Source of the DNA: Spirochaetota bacterium
Lineage (GTDB): Bacteria; Spirochaetota; Leptospiria; Turneriellales; Turneriellaceae
NCBI GenBank assembly: GCA_049323535.1
Contig: JBMOPL010000006.1
Coordinates: 31,614 to 95,613, forward strand
Length of the DNA stretch: 64,000 bases
Direction: 5' to 3'
Below, piece by piece: positions 39,559 through 48,191 of the stretch (the first letter of the stretch is position 1; every line of letters starts with the position of its first letter). Below the pieces are notes generated by a model. The model was not told where the DNA came from and searched no databases. It saw nothing but the letters and a program-made list of their open reading frames with translations. The position numbers and the translations under genes are program-made.

Positions 39559-39803
39559 AAGCCGTGTCTTACAGCGATTTGCGCAAGAATCTGAAAAAAT
39601 ACATGGACGACGTCTACTCGGGCCATTACCCGCTGATCATTACCCGCAAGAACGACGAAAACGTGGTGATGCTGTCACTCGATGAGTTCAATGCGCTGCA
39701 AGAGACAAACTACCTATTGGCCACAAAAGCCAATGAAAAGCACCTCAAGAAATCGATTGCGCAGCATAAATCGGGCAAACTCAGGCAACTCAAGATTGGC
39801 TGA
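39555..39803 (+). CDS. yefM: YefM/Phd antitoxin
   Basis: SYSDLRKNLKKYMD, PLIITR, VMLSLDEF, ETNYLL. Confidence 0.92.
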   Translation: MEAVSYSDLRKNLKKYMDDVYSGHYPLIITRKNDENVVMLSLDEFNALQETNYLLATKANEKHLKKSIAQHKSGKLRQLKIG

Positions 39804-40060
39804 TGAACGTCCTCTTCACCGAAGCCGCCTGGGCCGATTACCTTTACTGGCAGGCGGAAGACAAAAAAACCCTCAAAAAGATTAACGACCTGATAAAAGA
39901 AATTAAGAGATCCCCCTACGAAGGTTTGGGCAAGCCAGAACCCTTGAGGCACCAGTTACAGGGGTATTGGTCACGGAGAATAGACCTCGAGCACCGTTTG
40001 GTATATAAGGTTGAAGATCGCAGGACACTTGTTGTCATCGCCTGCAGATACCATTACTGA
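39803..40060 (+). CDS. yoeB: YoeB/Txe toxin
   Basis: AWADYLYWQ, GLGKPEPL, WSRRIDLEHRLVY, CRYHY. Confidence 0.95.
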   Translation: MNVLFTEAAWADYLYWQAEDKKTLKKINDLIKEIKRSPYEGLGKPEPLRHQLQGYWSRRIDLEHRLVYKVEDRRTLVVIACRYHY

Positions 40061-40067
40061 GTACATC

Positions 40068-40562
40068 GTGCGTCCCGGTCACTGCATAGTTATCTCGCTT
40101 CTGTGCGTTGGCAGCATCTTTACCCAGCGCAGTGGTCTGACACCGCAATCCGAGAATGCGATCGAATTCGAGGTTGCCCGGCTGGCAGAGCAGCTGAGCG
40201 CTGAGGGCTTTAACTGCTCAGACCGCATACTTGCCGGCCAGGCACAGACGATTGAAACGCAGCTGTTAACCGAGCCACTCACAGCCTATTCATTGGCAGT
40301 GGTTACCGGTCGTGGTGGCAGCGCTGTCACCGTGCGGAGTATAGCCGTTCAGGGCCAGGGTAACAAAACGTTTGAAATCCCCCTTGAGAATACTGGCTTC
40401 GGCGCGCACGCGGCAATTGCTGTTCGTGCACCGGGTGAAAGGCGGATCCAGATTCGCCTCGAGCAGAAGGCAGCGTTTCGGTTGCTGGTGTGCCAGATGG
40501 AAGCGTCGCTCTACCGCATGAAGCAGCTGAAGCCTGACCTCGTGACCGAAAGCAGGCGCTGA
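40068..40562 (+). CDS. Hypothetical exported protein
   Basis: Signal-like N-terminus, beta-rich. Confidence 0.4.
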   Translation: MRPGHCIVISLLCVGSIFTQRSGLTPQSENAIEFEVARLAEQLSAEGFNCSDRILAGQAQTIETQLLTEPLTAYSLAVVTGRGGSAVTVRSIAVQGQGNKTFEIPLENTGFGAHAAIAVRAPGERRIQIRLEQKAAFRLLVCQMEASLYRMKQLKPDLVTESRR

Positions 40563-42206
40563 TCAGCGCTTATCGAGTTTCTTTTTGTAGAGCCACGTCT
40601 TACCACTCTTCCATTCCATGCGTGCCAGGTTGTCGACTGGCAGTACATGCTTCAGGTAGCTCTGCTCATAAAAATCAAATTCGGTAGCACCGGAATAATC
40701 CCTTGGCCAGCTGCTGCGGTTCTGCGCCTGGTGGTCTTCTTTGGGAAACGGGCGATCGTAGTAGCCCCATTCCACCAGGTGGAAAAACTCGTGGTGGTAG
40801 AAGAGCGCAGAGCCGCCCTCGCGCAGCAGTTTGTCGCCTTCGCTGATCCACAGTGCGCGGTGTGTTGAGTCGTCGCCACTAACCCACGGGTGCTCTGTCA
40901 CACCGCCATTGGTGACAAAAATTTCGGGATGTTTCGCCGTGCCCGGCCACATCAGGATTGTGGCGTCGGCTGCAAGCACCTGTTTCAATACCGATGGCTT
41001 TAGCGGTGGTTCAATAAACTGGGGTTTCGCCTGCGCAATCCAGCGGTTGTACCTGGGGTCGGTATGAAACTCCACTGTGGTGATGCGTGAACCACCCAGG
41101 GGGATTGTCTTCAGTTTCCATTCTACCTCGCCGCCTGTTAGCGCGAGCACGCTGTCAGAAAAGTACTGGAAGTTCTTTTGGTTTTCGGGAATGGCAATCG
41201 AAACGATCTTCTTGTTCGCCACAAACGAAGCGGCTGATGAATCTGCTGCCTTAAAGCGTTCGGCTTCCGCAGCATTTGCCGGCAGGTTCAGCCGTGTTTC
41301 GGGTACAATCAGCATGATTGCTGTGCGTTCGCTGCGGCCCTTCGCCTGCGGGTTTTCCTTTCGCCACGCGGCGGCGATTTGCCTGATGCGCAGTTCGTCG
41401 TGGAGAAAACTGTCGCGCGCCGCGAGTGTTGCGCGGTTAGCATCGAGCGCGGTCGCAAAGTACTGCAGCGCACGCGCATAGTCTTTCCTGCGGTAAAACT
41501 CATCGCCCAGCTCGAGCGCCAGCATCGCGAGTGGACTCAGGAAATATCCGTTCGTTTCACTGACCTGATTGATGGTAACCAATAAGCTGAACCATTTTTC
41601 CGGCTCGGGCAGGTTCTTTGCCGATTTGCCGACGAGCGCGCTCATCGCATTCGCTGTATTCGCAATCACCGGCTTGTTGGCATAGGGTGTCGCGAGTCGC
41701 AGGTAGAAGCGTGCACCGGTATTCTGCTGGCCCAGCTCTACATAAGCGATGGTCATGTAGTTGATTTGAAGCAGGTAGTTGTGTTCGCCGATCTGCTGTG
41801 CCGCACCTGCGTTCAGGCGCGAAGCCTGTGCGGCGATGGCGGCATAATCCTTCAGGTTCCAGAAACACCATACAGCGTGTGCGCGGTGAGCGGGAGCTCG
41901 TGCGGGTTCGAGGGTGGCTGCCTTGAGGGCCGCCTTCGCCGAAGTTTCCCAGTAAGCCGGGTTCGTGTTGGCAAGGTTGCCTGCTCCGACATAGATGAGG
42001 TATTGCCCGTAATGATGGCGCGGATACTTTTGGTTCAGGCTCTCACCGAATTCTATTGCCCCGGTCCAGTTCTGTGCATTGATAAGGTCCTGCCCCTGCT
42101 GCCATTCAGCACTGCTGACTGCGGCGAGGCTGATCGGTGACGCAAATGCCACCACCAGGGCTACGGCCGCTAAGTGTCGCATCGATAATGGTCGGTGTCT
42201 GAGCAT
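40563..42206 (-). CDS. Secreted TPR-like protein with C-terminal zincin (HEXXH) motif
   Basis: Signal peptide (start 42206 or 42182), helical repeats, YHHEFFHLVE. Confidence 0.6.
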   Translation of the reverse strand: MLRHRPLSMRHLAAVALVVAFASPISLAAVSSAEWQQGQDLINAQNWTGAIEFGESLNQKYPRHHYGQYLIYVGAGNLANTNPAYWETSAKAALKAATLEPARAPAHRAHAVWCFWNLKDYAAIAAQASRLNAGAAQQIGEHNYLLQINYMTIAYVELGQQNTGARFYLRLATPYANKPVIANTANAMSALVGKSAKNLPEPEKWFSLLVTINQVSETNGYFLSPLAMLALELGDEFYRRKDYARALQYFATALDANRATLAARDSFLHDELRIRQIAAAWRKENPQAKGRSERTAIMLIVPETRLNLPANAAEAERFKAADSSAASFVANKKIVSIAIPENQKNFQYFSDSVLALTGGEVEWKLKTIPLGGSRITTVEFHTDPRYNRWIAQAKPQFIEPPLKPSVLKQVLAADATILMWPGTAKHPEIFVTNGGVTEHPWVSGDDSTHRALWISEGDKLLREGGSALFYHHEFFHLVEWGYYDRPFPKEDHQAQNRSSWPRDYSGATEFDFYEQSYLKHVLPVDNLARMEWKSGKTWLYKKKLDKR

Positions 42207-42256
42207 CGGCACCTCAATGCCAGCCCTTTGCAGATTGTAAACGGAAAGAAGGAATA

Positions 42257-42295
42257 TTTTCCCTGCATCTCTGCTTCGCAGAGATGCAGGGAAAA
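42257..42295 (-). terminator. Long hairpin immediately after the K+ channel gene
   Basis: TTTTCCCTGCATCTCTGC-TTC-GCAGAGATGCAGGGAAAA, 18-bp perfect stem. Confidence 0.75.
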
Positions 42296-43129
42296 TTATA
42301 ACTTCGCTCCGCAGTGCTTGCAGTGCACCGCGTCCACGTCGTGGCCCTGCAGGCTGCACGCGGGGCATGCCTGCCCTGAGACTTCTTTCTGGCGAATCTG
42401 GGTGAGCTCCGCCGTGACAATGCCCGTAGGCACCGCAATGATGCCGTAGCCCATGATCATCACCAGCGAGGCGAGCGCCTGCCCGGTGGGTGTTTTCGGC
42501 GAGATGTCGCCGTAGCCGACTGTGGTCAGGGTGACGATCGCCCAGTAGATACTCTGTGGAATGCTGGTGAAGCCGTGCGCCTCACCTTCGATGACGTACA
42601 TGAGTGAACCCACGATGATCACGATGGTGGTTACTGTCACCAAAAAGACAGTAATTTTACCCTGGCTTTGAGAGAGTGCACGCTTGAGAATTTCGGCCTG
42701 CGACAGGTAGTGCGCGAGCTTTAGAATCCGGAAAATGCGCAGCAGGCGCAGAACCCTGACCGAAAGCAAAAATTGCGCACCCGGCAAAAAGATGCTCAAC
42801 CACGTTGGCAGTATCGCGATCAGGTCGACAATCCCAAAGAAGCTGCGGGCGTAACGCAGTGGCCTGCTCACCGAGACAAGCCGCAGACCATACTCGATGG
42901 TAAAGAGTATGGTGAAGAACCATTCCGCAATTTTGAGTTCGTCGTGCCAGCGTGTCTCGATACTCTTCACGCTTTCGAGCATGATGATCAGCACACTGGC
43001 AAAGATCGCCCCAACAAGGCCGAGATCGAACAACCGGCCGGCAGGTGTGTCTGCCTCGTAGACGACTTCATGGACGCGGCGGCGCCAGCCGCCGAGTGAG
43101 TCTTTTTCCTGCATTGTTTCCTGGGGCAT
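42296..43129 (-). CDS. Voltage-gated-type potassium channel (ion transporter) with C-terminal zinc ribbon
   Basis: S4 RVLRLLRIFRILK, filter TTVGYGD, CPAC..CKHCG. Confidence 0.93.
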   Translation of the reverse strand: MPQETMQEKDSLGGWRRRVHEVVYEADTPAGRLFDLGLVGAIFASVLIIMLESVKSIETRWHDELKIAEWFFTILFTIEYGLRLVSVSRPLRYARSFFGIVDLIAILPTWLSIFLPGAQFLLSVRVLRLLRIFRILKLAHYLSQAEILKRALSQSQGKITVFLVTVTTIVIIVGSLMYVIEGEAHGFTSIPQSIYWAIVTLTTVGYGDISPKTPTGQALASLVMIMGYGIIAVPTGIVTAELTQIRQKEVSGQACPACSLQGHDVDAVHCKHCGAKL

Positions 43130-43177
43130 TGTCAGTACCCCGAAAATGATTGGTCACAATGCCGTAAAGCGCAGCGC

Positions 43178-43627
43178 CTAAACCATCACGCGACGGTCAT
43201 TCTGGTGCAGGGAAATGAACCCCGCCATCTCGTCTTTTCTCGGACGCAGAACGACCGCTGTGCCAAAACCGGAATCAAATCCGGTATCCTTTTCGCTGTA
43301 GCCCACCATACGGGTAAAGAAGCTGGTCTTAATTTTGATGCGCTTGACATCGCTCATCGGCTTGACGATTCCTTTCAACTCGGTAGCCCACTTTTCCAGA
43401 AGTTGGTTCATCGTGGCATGATCAGACGCCGGGTTGCCCAGCATGGACTCAATTGCCTGAAGCGGATGCACTCCACCGATGTTAAAGCTCTCTTCAATAC
43501 CACGTGTCGGTATGACGTAGAGTGCTTTCTCTGTTGCGACTGCCACTGCGTCTGCGGGGCCGAGCTCCTGAAAAACCCACGTCACCTTCTTTGCCAGTGC
43601 ATAATCCTTTCCTGCTACTAATGCCAT
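43178..43627 (-). CDS. Hypothetical protein
   Basis: GGAGG SD; 149-aa ORF. Confidence 0.55.
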   Translation of the reverse strand: MALVAGKDYALAKKVTWVFQELGPADAVAVATEKALYVIPTRGIEESFNIGGVHPLQAIESMLGNPASDHATMNQLLEKWATELKGIVKPMSDVKRIKIKTSFFTRMVGYSEKDTGFDSGFGTAVVLRPRKDEMAGFISLHQNDRRVMV

Positions 43628-43704
43628 GATTCCTCCTGCGAATGAAGCTGAGGTCTTATGTGCATAGCAGCGAACAACGTAAAGGTCTTTATAGGATGTT
43701 TATC

Positions 43705-44136
43705 CTACAAGGTGCCCGTCAGGGCACGGTACGCCTTCAGGTACTTGTTGAGCCGCTCGGCCTCTTTGGGGCCGACCGACACCATCCGCCGAACGTCCAT
43801 ATTGTCTTCGAGGTCGTTGAGTTTCACCCGCACGGCCAGTGGGTTTGTCTTGATCCGTTCGATAAAGGCTTCGTAGTTTTCAGTCTCCGAGGTCTTGGTG
43901 ACGCAGCGCAGCGCCGCGATGATGTGCTCGGGAAAACCTTCTGCGCGCAGATCATCGAACGTCACCGGAGAATCTTCCACGACATCGTGTAGCACGCCGC
44001 AGATCTTTTCGTCGAGCGTCTGTCCACGGTTCATCACGCGCATGACATGCAGTATGTATGGCGCGCCTACCTTGTCGACCTGGTCTGCATGTACCCGCTG
44101 CGCGATGGCGACGGCTTTGGCCAGCAAGTCAGACAT
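43705..44136 (-). CDS. HD-domain protein, small alarmone hydrolase (Mesh1/SpoT-HD)-like
   Basis: HADQVDKVGAPYILH, VLHDVVED, VKLNDLEDN. Confidence 0.8.
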   Translation of the reverse strand: MSDLLAKAVAIAQRVHADQVDKVGAPYILHVMRVMNRGQTLDEKICGVLHDVVEDSPVTFDDLRAEGFPEHIIAALRCVTKTSETENYEAFIERIKTNPLAVRVKLNDLEDNMDVRRMVSVGPKEAERLNKYLKAYRALTGTL

Positions 44137-44137
44137 A

Positions 44138-44926
44138 CTATTTTTTTCCTGCGAGGTCTTCGGCGATCGCGAGAGCGCGCTCTAACCCACCACCTGAAGC
44201 AAAACCGGCGAAGCGCACCATGCCGTTCTGGTCAATGACCACCAGCGTGGGGTAGCCGGCGACATGGTAGTCCAGCGCGACGCCGCCCTTGGCATCGATG
44301 AGCAGGGGGTATTGCGCGCCGCGGCTGCGGACAAATGCCCTGACGGTGGCCTCGTCTTCATTGGTGATACCCAGAATGGAAATGCCTGCATATTTTTTCT
44401 CGCGCTGGAATTCGACCAGCGCCTGCCTGACCGGTTCGCACGGGCCACACCAGGTTGCCCAGAAATCGAGAATGATTACCCTGCCAGTGGCCAGTGAATA
44501 CGGCGCACTCTTGCCCAGCTGCGGTAAGGTGAATGCCGGGGCAACCTGGCCAACCAGCGACGCAGTATCGAGCCGTTCACCCAGCGGCACCTGTAACAGC
44601 TGGGTTTTTCCTGCACGCACGTACTCGATGGCAACGACGGTACCAGCCTGGTAGCGCTGCACCTCGGTAAAGAGGTGTTTCGGGTCGCGAATGGCGACAC
44701 CGTTCACCGAAAAAATAACGTCGCCCGCCAGAAGCCCCGCGCGCTGCGCCGCAGAATTCTGCATCACCTTTTCAATGCGCACACCGCGTGGCGCCTGCGT
44801 GTGTACCACCCCCAGGAGCGGCTTACGTGTTTTGTCTTCACTACCCGCTTTCTGCGCGGTAACGGTGGTGGCAAAGACCCCCACCGCAATGGAAATAACT
44901 ATTAAAACCCTCCTCTGCATTTTCAA
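44138..44926 (-). CDS. Exported PDZ domain + TlpA-like thioredoxin
   Basis: SAAQRAGLLAGDVI PDZ; DFWATWCGPC; GYPTLVVID. Confidence 0.85.
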   Translation of the reverse strand: MKMQRRVLIVISIAVGVFATTVTAQKAGSEDKTRKPLLGVVHTQAPRGVRIEKVMQNSAAQRAGLLAGDVIFSVNGVAIRDPKHLFTEVQRYQAGTVVAIEYVRAGKTQLLQVPLGERLDTASLVGQVAPAFTLPQLGKSAPYSLATGRVIILDFWATWCGPCEPVRQALVEFQREKKYAGISILGITNEDEATVRAFVRSRGAQYPLLIDAKGGVALDYHVAGYPTLVVIDQNGMVRFAGFASGGGLERALAIAEDLAGKK

Positions 44927-45495
44927 ACCCGCAGCTTGCAGCGAAATCCGCGCGCGGCGTAGTATGATTCAGCGCCGTTGTGGTATGTGAATACCTGATC
45001 GTAGCGGCGATCGCAGAAAAGCGCTCCGCCCAGTTTGCGTATTTTTTCCGGCGTCAGAATCCAGCTCGAGGTTTTCAGGTCGAATGACCCCACCTTCTGC
45101 AGCGCACGGTAATCTTCTTCGGTGAGCAGTTCAGCACCCATCTGTTCGGTAGCTTCAACAGCACTGCCTTTGGGTTTGTTTTCTTTGCGAGCGTCGAGCG
45201 CCTTGCGGTCATAACACAGGCTGCGGCGCCCGGCAGGGCTCTCTGCTGCGCAGTCCATAAAGATGAACACACCCGCCTTCTTGTCGTGCGCCACCACATC
45301 GGGCTCGCCACCACTCTGTTCCATCTGCGAGAGGCTCCAGAGTTTATCGGGTTGCGCGGTGAGCTTTTTTTCAACGGCAGCCCAGGTGATTCCTTTATGG
45401 CGCACCATATTCTTTTCAAAGCGGCTTTGCAGCTGTGAAAGCAGGGCCGCAGCTTCTTTCGCGTTCAGTGTGTTTTTGGTCGTGGGTTTTGGCAT
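44923..45495 (-). CDS. DUF4256 family protein
   Basis: RFEKNMVRH, MEQSGGEPDV, ESPAGRRSLCYD, FDLKTSSW, YHNGAESYY. Confidence 0.8.
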   Translation of the reverse strand: MPKPTTKNTLNAKEAAALLSQLQSRFEKNMVRHKGITWAAVEKKLTAQPDKLWSLSQMEQSGGEPDVVAHDKKAGVFIFMDCAAESPAGRRSLCYDRKALDARKENKPKGSAVEATEQMGAELLTEEDYRALQKVGSFDLKTSSWILTPEKIRKLGGALFCDRRYDQVFTYHNGAESYYAARGFRCKLRV

Positions 45496-45684
45496 TTTGG
45501 TAGGGGGGAGCTATGTCGTTTACGGGCCCGGTACGAGCACGCACGAACTCCCACACACTTCTGCCGGTCTTTTGCCGCGGTTGTCAATCTCATATAAGGA
45601 AGGTTTCAGTGCCGAAAATTCCTGTCGTGCAGTTTCTTGCTGCAGCGTCCAACAGGGTATCGAACGGGAAAACCCGGGGATACT

Positions 45685-45801
45685 ATGCACAGCGAAAAAA
45701 CCAACCTCCAGCAAGCCATGAAACTGCACGACATACTGCTCAGTATGGTCGCGCTTGCCTGCTTCACGCTCAGCTTGACGCTGATTGCCACATTGTCATG
45801 A
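45685..45801 (+). CDS. Putative 38-aa single-pass small membrane protein (not in ORF track)
   Basis: GGGGA SD 4 nt before ATG; MHSEKTNLQQAMKLHDILLSMVALACFTLSLTLIATLS; stop 8 nt before the next gene. Confidence 0.4.
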   Translation: MHSEKTNLQQAMKLHDILLSMVALACFTLSLTLIATLS

Positions 45802-45809
45802 TAACCCAC

Positions 45810-46271
45810 ATGAAAAAAAATATCGCAAAACCGAGGCAGCTGCTGCACGTCTGTGCGGCTGCAATCGTTGTCCTGGGGCCGGGCCTGGGCGCGCAAAGCA
45901 AAGGCAAAGCACCCGCTGAGCCACCAGAGATGAACCTGGTTGTGCCGCCCGATAATGTCGCGATGCCCGATGGCGGGTTCTTGTCTGACATTCAAGGCAC
46001 CTGGGATTGTGGTGAATTCGGCACTGTCGTTCTGAAACAGAAGGGTGAAAAGGTCAGGGGCAAGTACGACCCCGATGGCAAGATTACCGGCACACTCAAG
46101 AACTCCCGGTTTACCGGCACATGGAGCGAGGCCGGCGGCTCAACGCACGGTACATTTGATCTCATGACATCGATCGAGCGCAAGACAAACCGGCCGACCA
46201 ACCTGCGCGGCAAGTGGAAGAACGCCGGTGAACGCGACTGGCAGCCCACACCGCTCGAGTGCTCTAATTAA
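45810..46271 (+). CDS. Hypothetical secreted small beta-barrel protein
   Basis: Signal peptide; repeated GTW/GKY/GKW strands; two Cys. Confidence 0.55.
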   Translation: MKKNIAKPRQLLHVCAAAIVVLGPGLGAQSKGKAPAEPPEMNLVVPPDNVAMPDGGFLSDIQGTWDCGEFGTVVLKQKGEKVRGKYDPDGKITGTLKNSRFTGTWSEAGGSTHGTFDLMTSIERKTNRPTNLRGKWKNAGERDWQPTPLECSN

Positions 46272-46276
46272 CTTAA

Positions 46277-46894
46277 TCACCCAACTCTTTCCAAACCTAC
46301 CCCTGCCTGCGCAATGATGTACGCGTGCAGTTGCGGGTATTGGTCGAGTTCGACGTGGCGGATATTACAACCCAAATCCATGAGCAGGCGCAGGTTTGCG
46401 TCGATACCTATCGAACCATACGGAAACTTGTCTCCGCGCCACTCGGACTCATGGCTGCCCACGGCGTCACCCACCGTGTAGATGAGAACTCCGTCGTCGG
46501 CGAGAAAGTCAGTTAGCTTCGTGAGCACTTCCTGGTGCTCGTATTCTTCGAGGTGAAAAATGCTGTCCCAGGCGACGATGAGGTCGTACGCCTCGTCTAC
46601 TGGCCACTCGCGAATGTCGGCGTGTACCAGGTGCACCTCGGGATGCTCGAGCCCCGCGAGAGCGATCATCTCGGCCGAGGCGTCGATGCCGGTGATTTCA
46701 AAACCGTGGTCGGCCAGCAGGCGAAACACCCGTCCGCCGCTGCCACAGCCGACGTCGAGAGCGCGCCGGCGGTTCTTGCAGTAGCTGATGGCGCGCGCAA
46801 TCTGTGGAATGCCGTACTGCGAGTCCTTATGGTTCTCGTGCCACCAGCGCGCGATGCGGTCGTACTTGCTGCCGATCGGCTCGCCGGGTGTCAT
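46277..46894 (-). CDS. Class I SAM-dependent methyltransferase
   Basis: ALDVGCGSG, GIDAS, HADI, YDLIVAWDSIFHL. Confidence 0.9.
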   Translation of the reverse strand: MTPGEPIGSKYDRIARWWHENHKDSQYGIPQIARAISYCKNRRRALDVGCGSGGRVFRLLADHGFEITGIDASAEMIALAGLEHPEVHLVHADIREWPVDEAYDLIVAWDSIFHLEEYEHQEVLTKLTDFLADDGVLIYTVGDAVGSHESEWRGDKFPYGSIGIDANLRLLMDLGCNIRHVELDQYPQLHAYIIAQAGVGLERVG

Positions 46895-47289
46895 ACGATA
46901 GTGACCTTGCCGCCGATAGCCGCTTCGAAGCTCTCCCGGTTGTTGAACCACACTTCGATGCGCCCTGGGTACTGCGGATTTCTGTGGTGGATGCGGTAGC
47001 CTTTGCTGAAAAGAAAACTGCGGCGTTCGACCTGGCTGATCTGCGTGAACGGTAGGTAGTACGGCTGGTCGCAGCTGGCGACGAGAAAATCGGGATAAAC
47101 CGCCAGGCGAATAAACGGGCCTTTATAGGTCACCCAGCCGATAACGCCGGCACAGTTTTCGCTGAATAGCGGCCTCATTGCTGCTTCAGCCGGATGCCGG
47201 CGCTCTTTGCGCTGGTAGATCCACGCGAAAACGGCGATCAACGAAACGACAACCAGCAGTGGCAGTGCAAAGAAGTAATCGTTCGTCAT
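46891..47289 (-). CDS. Hypothetical membrane-anchored protein
   Basis: N-terminal TM; ATGA overlap with the methyltransferase. Confidence 0.55.
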   Translation of the reverse strand: MTNDYFFALPLLVVVSLIAVFAWIYQRKERRHPAEAAMRPLFSENCAGVIGWVTYKGPFIRLAVYPDFLVASCDQPYYLPFTQISQVERRSFLFSKGYRIHHRNPQYPGRIEVWFNNRESFEAAIGGKVTIV

Positions 47290-47332
47290 ATAAAAGCACT
47301 TTGACCGCCCAGCGCGGCGTCGAGCATTTCCG

Positions 47333-47375
47333 GGGGCAGATTACCGGCCCCCCTGGGGGGCCGGTAATCTGCCCC
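47333..47375. repeat. Perfect 21-bp inverted repeat in the divergent promoter region before rpmH
   Basis: GGGGCAGATTACCGGCCCCCC-T-GGGGGGCCGGTAATCTGCCCC. Confidence 0.85.
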
Positions 47376-47416
47376 TAAACACTTTACACCCTGTCAGCGC
47401 GCCCTGATCTGCACCC

Positions 47417-47587
47417 ATGAAACGGACATGGCAGCCCGCAAACAAGAAACGCAACCGCACACACGGTTTTCGCGCGCGCAATGAGACTGCCGAGGGCCGT
47501 GAGGTCCTGCGCCGTCGCCGCCAAAAAGGCCGCTGGAAACTGACAGTTTCTGACGAGCGCCGCCGCTGGGATATTGTAAAACGCTAA
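47417..47587 (+). CDS. rpmH: 50S ribosomal protein L34 (56 aa, below ORF-track cutoff)
   Basis: [37 protein letters not shown]; upstream of rnpA. Confidence 0.97.
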   Translation: MKRTWQPANKKRNRTHGFRARNETAEGREVLRRRRQKGRWKLTVSDERRRWDIVKR

Positions 47588-47691
47588 GGAGGTCCGTTAG
47601 GTACCTCCGGGGCTGACTGCTGAAACCGCAAGGCGCGGAAAGCAGCGCAGCGCTTTAGCAGCAGTTCGCGACGCGAACTGCGGGGCTTTCC

Positions 47692-48108
47692 GTGCTTGCG
47701 GATTCATTTCAGCAGTCAGCAAATTCAAAAAGTAAGCGCTCCCGCTACTTCACTTCCCTCAAGCTCAAACGCCGCATCGATCACCTTTTTGAGAACGGCC
47801 GAAAATCATTCGGCCGCTACCTCATGCTGCGCTTTGATGCCAGCGCCGAGACACAACCCCCGCTGCGCGTGGTCTTTGCCGTCAGCAGCAAACTCGGTAC
47901 GGCCACGGTGCGAAACCGCATTAAACGCCGCCTGCGCGAAGCGCTCTTTTTGACGCTCAAAGACGGGCGTGCGAATCTTTCTGGTTATGACATCGCGATC
48001 GTGCCCCGCAAAGAAGTGGCGGAGCTCGACTTTGCTGAGCTCTGCGACGACCTGCGGCAGGCGCTGCGCCGCATGGTACCAAAATCCCCCGCACCCCATA
48101 GGAAGTAA
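47692..48108 (+). CDS. rnpA: Ribonuclease P protein component
   Basis: SLKLKRRIDHLF, FAVSSKLGTATVRNRIKRRLRE (RNR motif). Confidence 0.93.
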   Translation: MLADSFQQSANSKSKRSRYFTSLKLKRRIDHLFENGRKSFGRYLMLRFDASAETQPPLRVVFAVSSKLGTATVRNRIKRRLREALFLTLKDGRANLSGYDIAIVPRKEVAELDFAELCDDLRQALRRMVPKSPAPHRK

Positions 48109-48191
48109 TTACAGCAAGAGCTGCGGCCGCTGCACGCCTGTTCCTGCAATTCCTATTTACGGGTCAGGTGGCCTGCGCCAAGACTGGTTCG

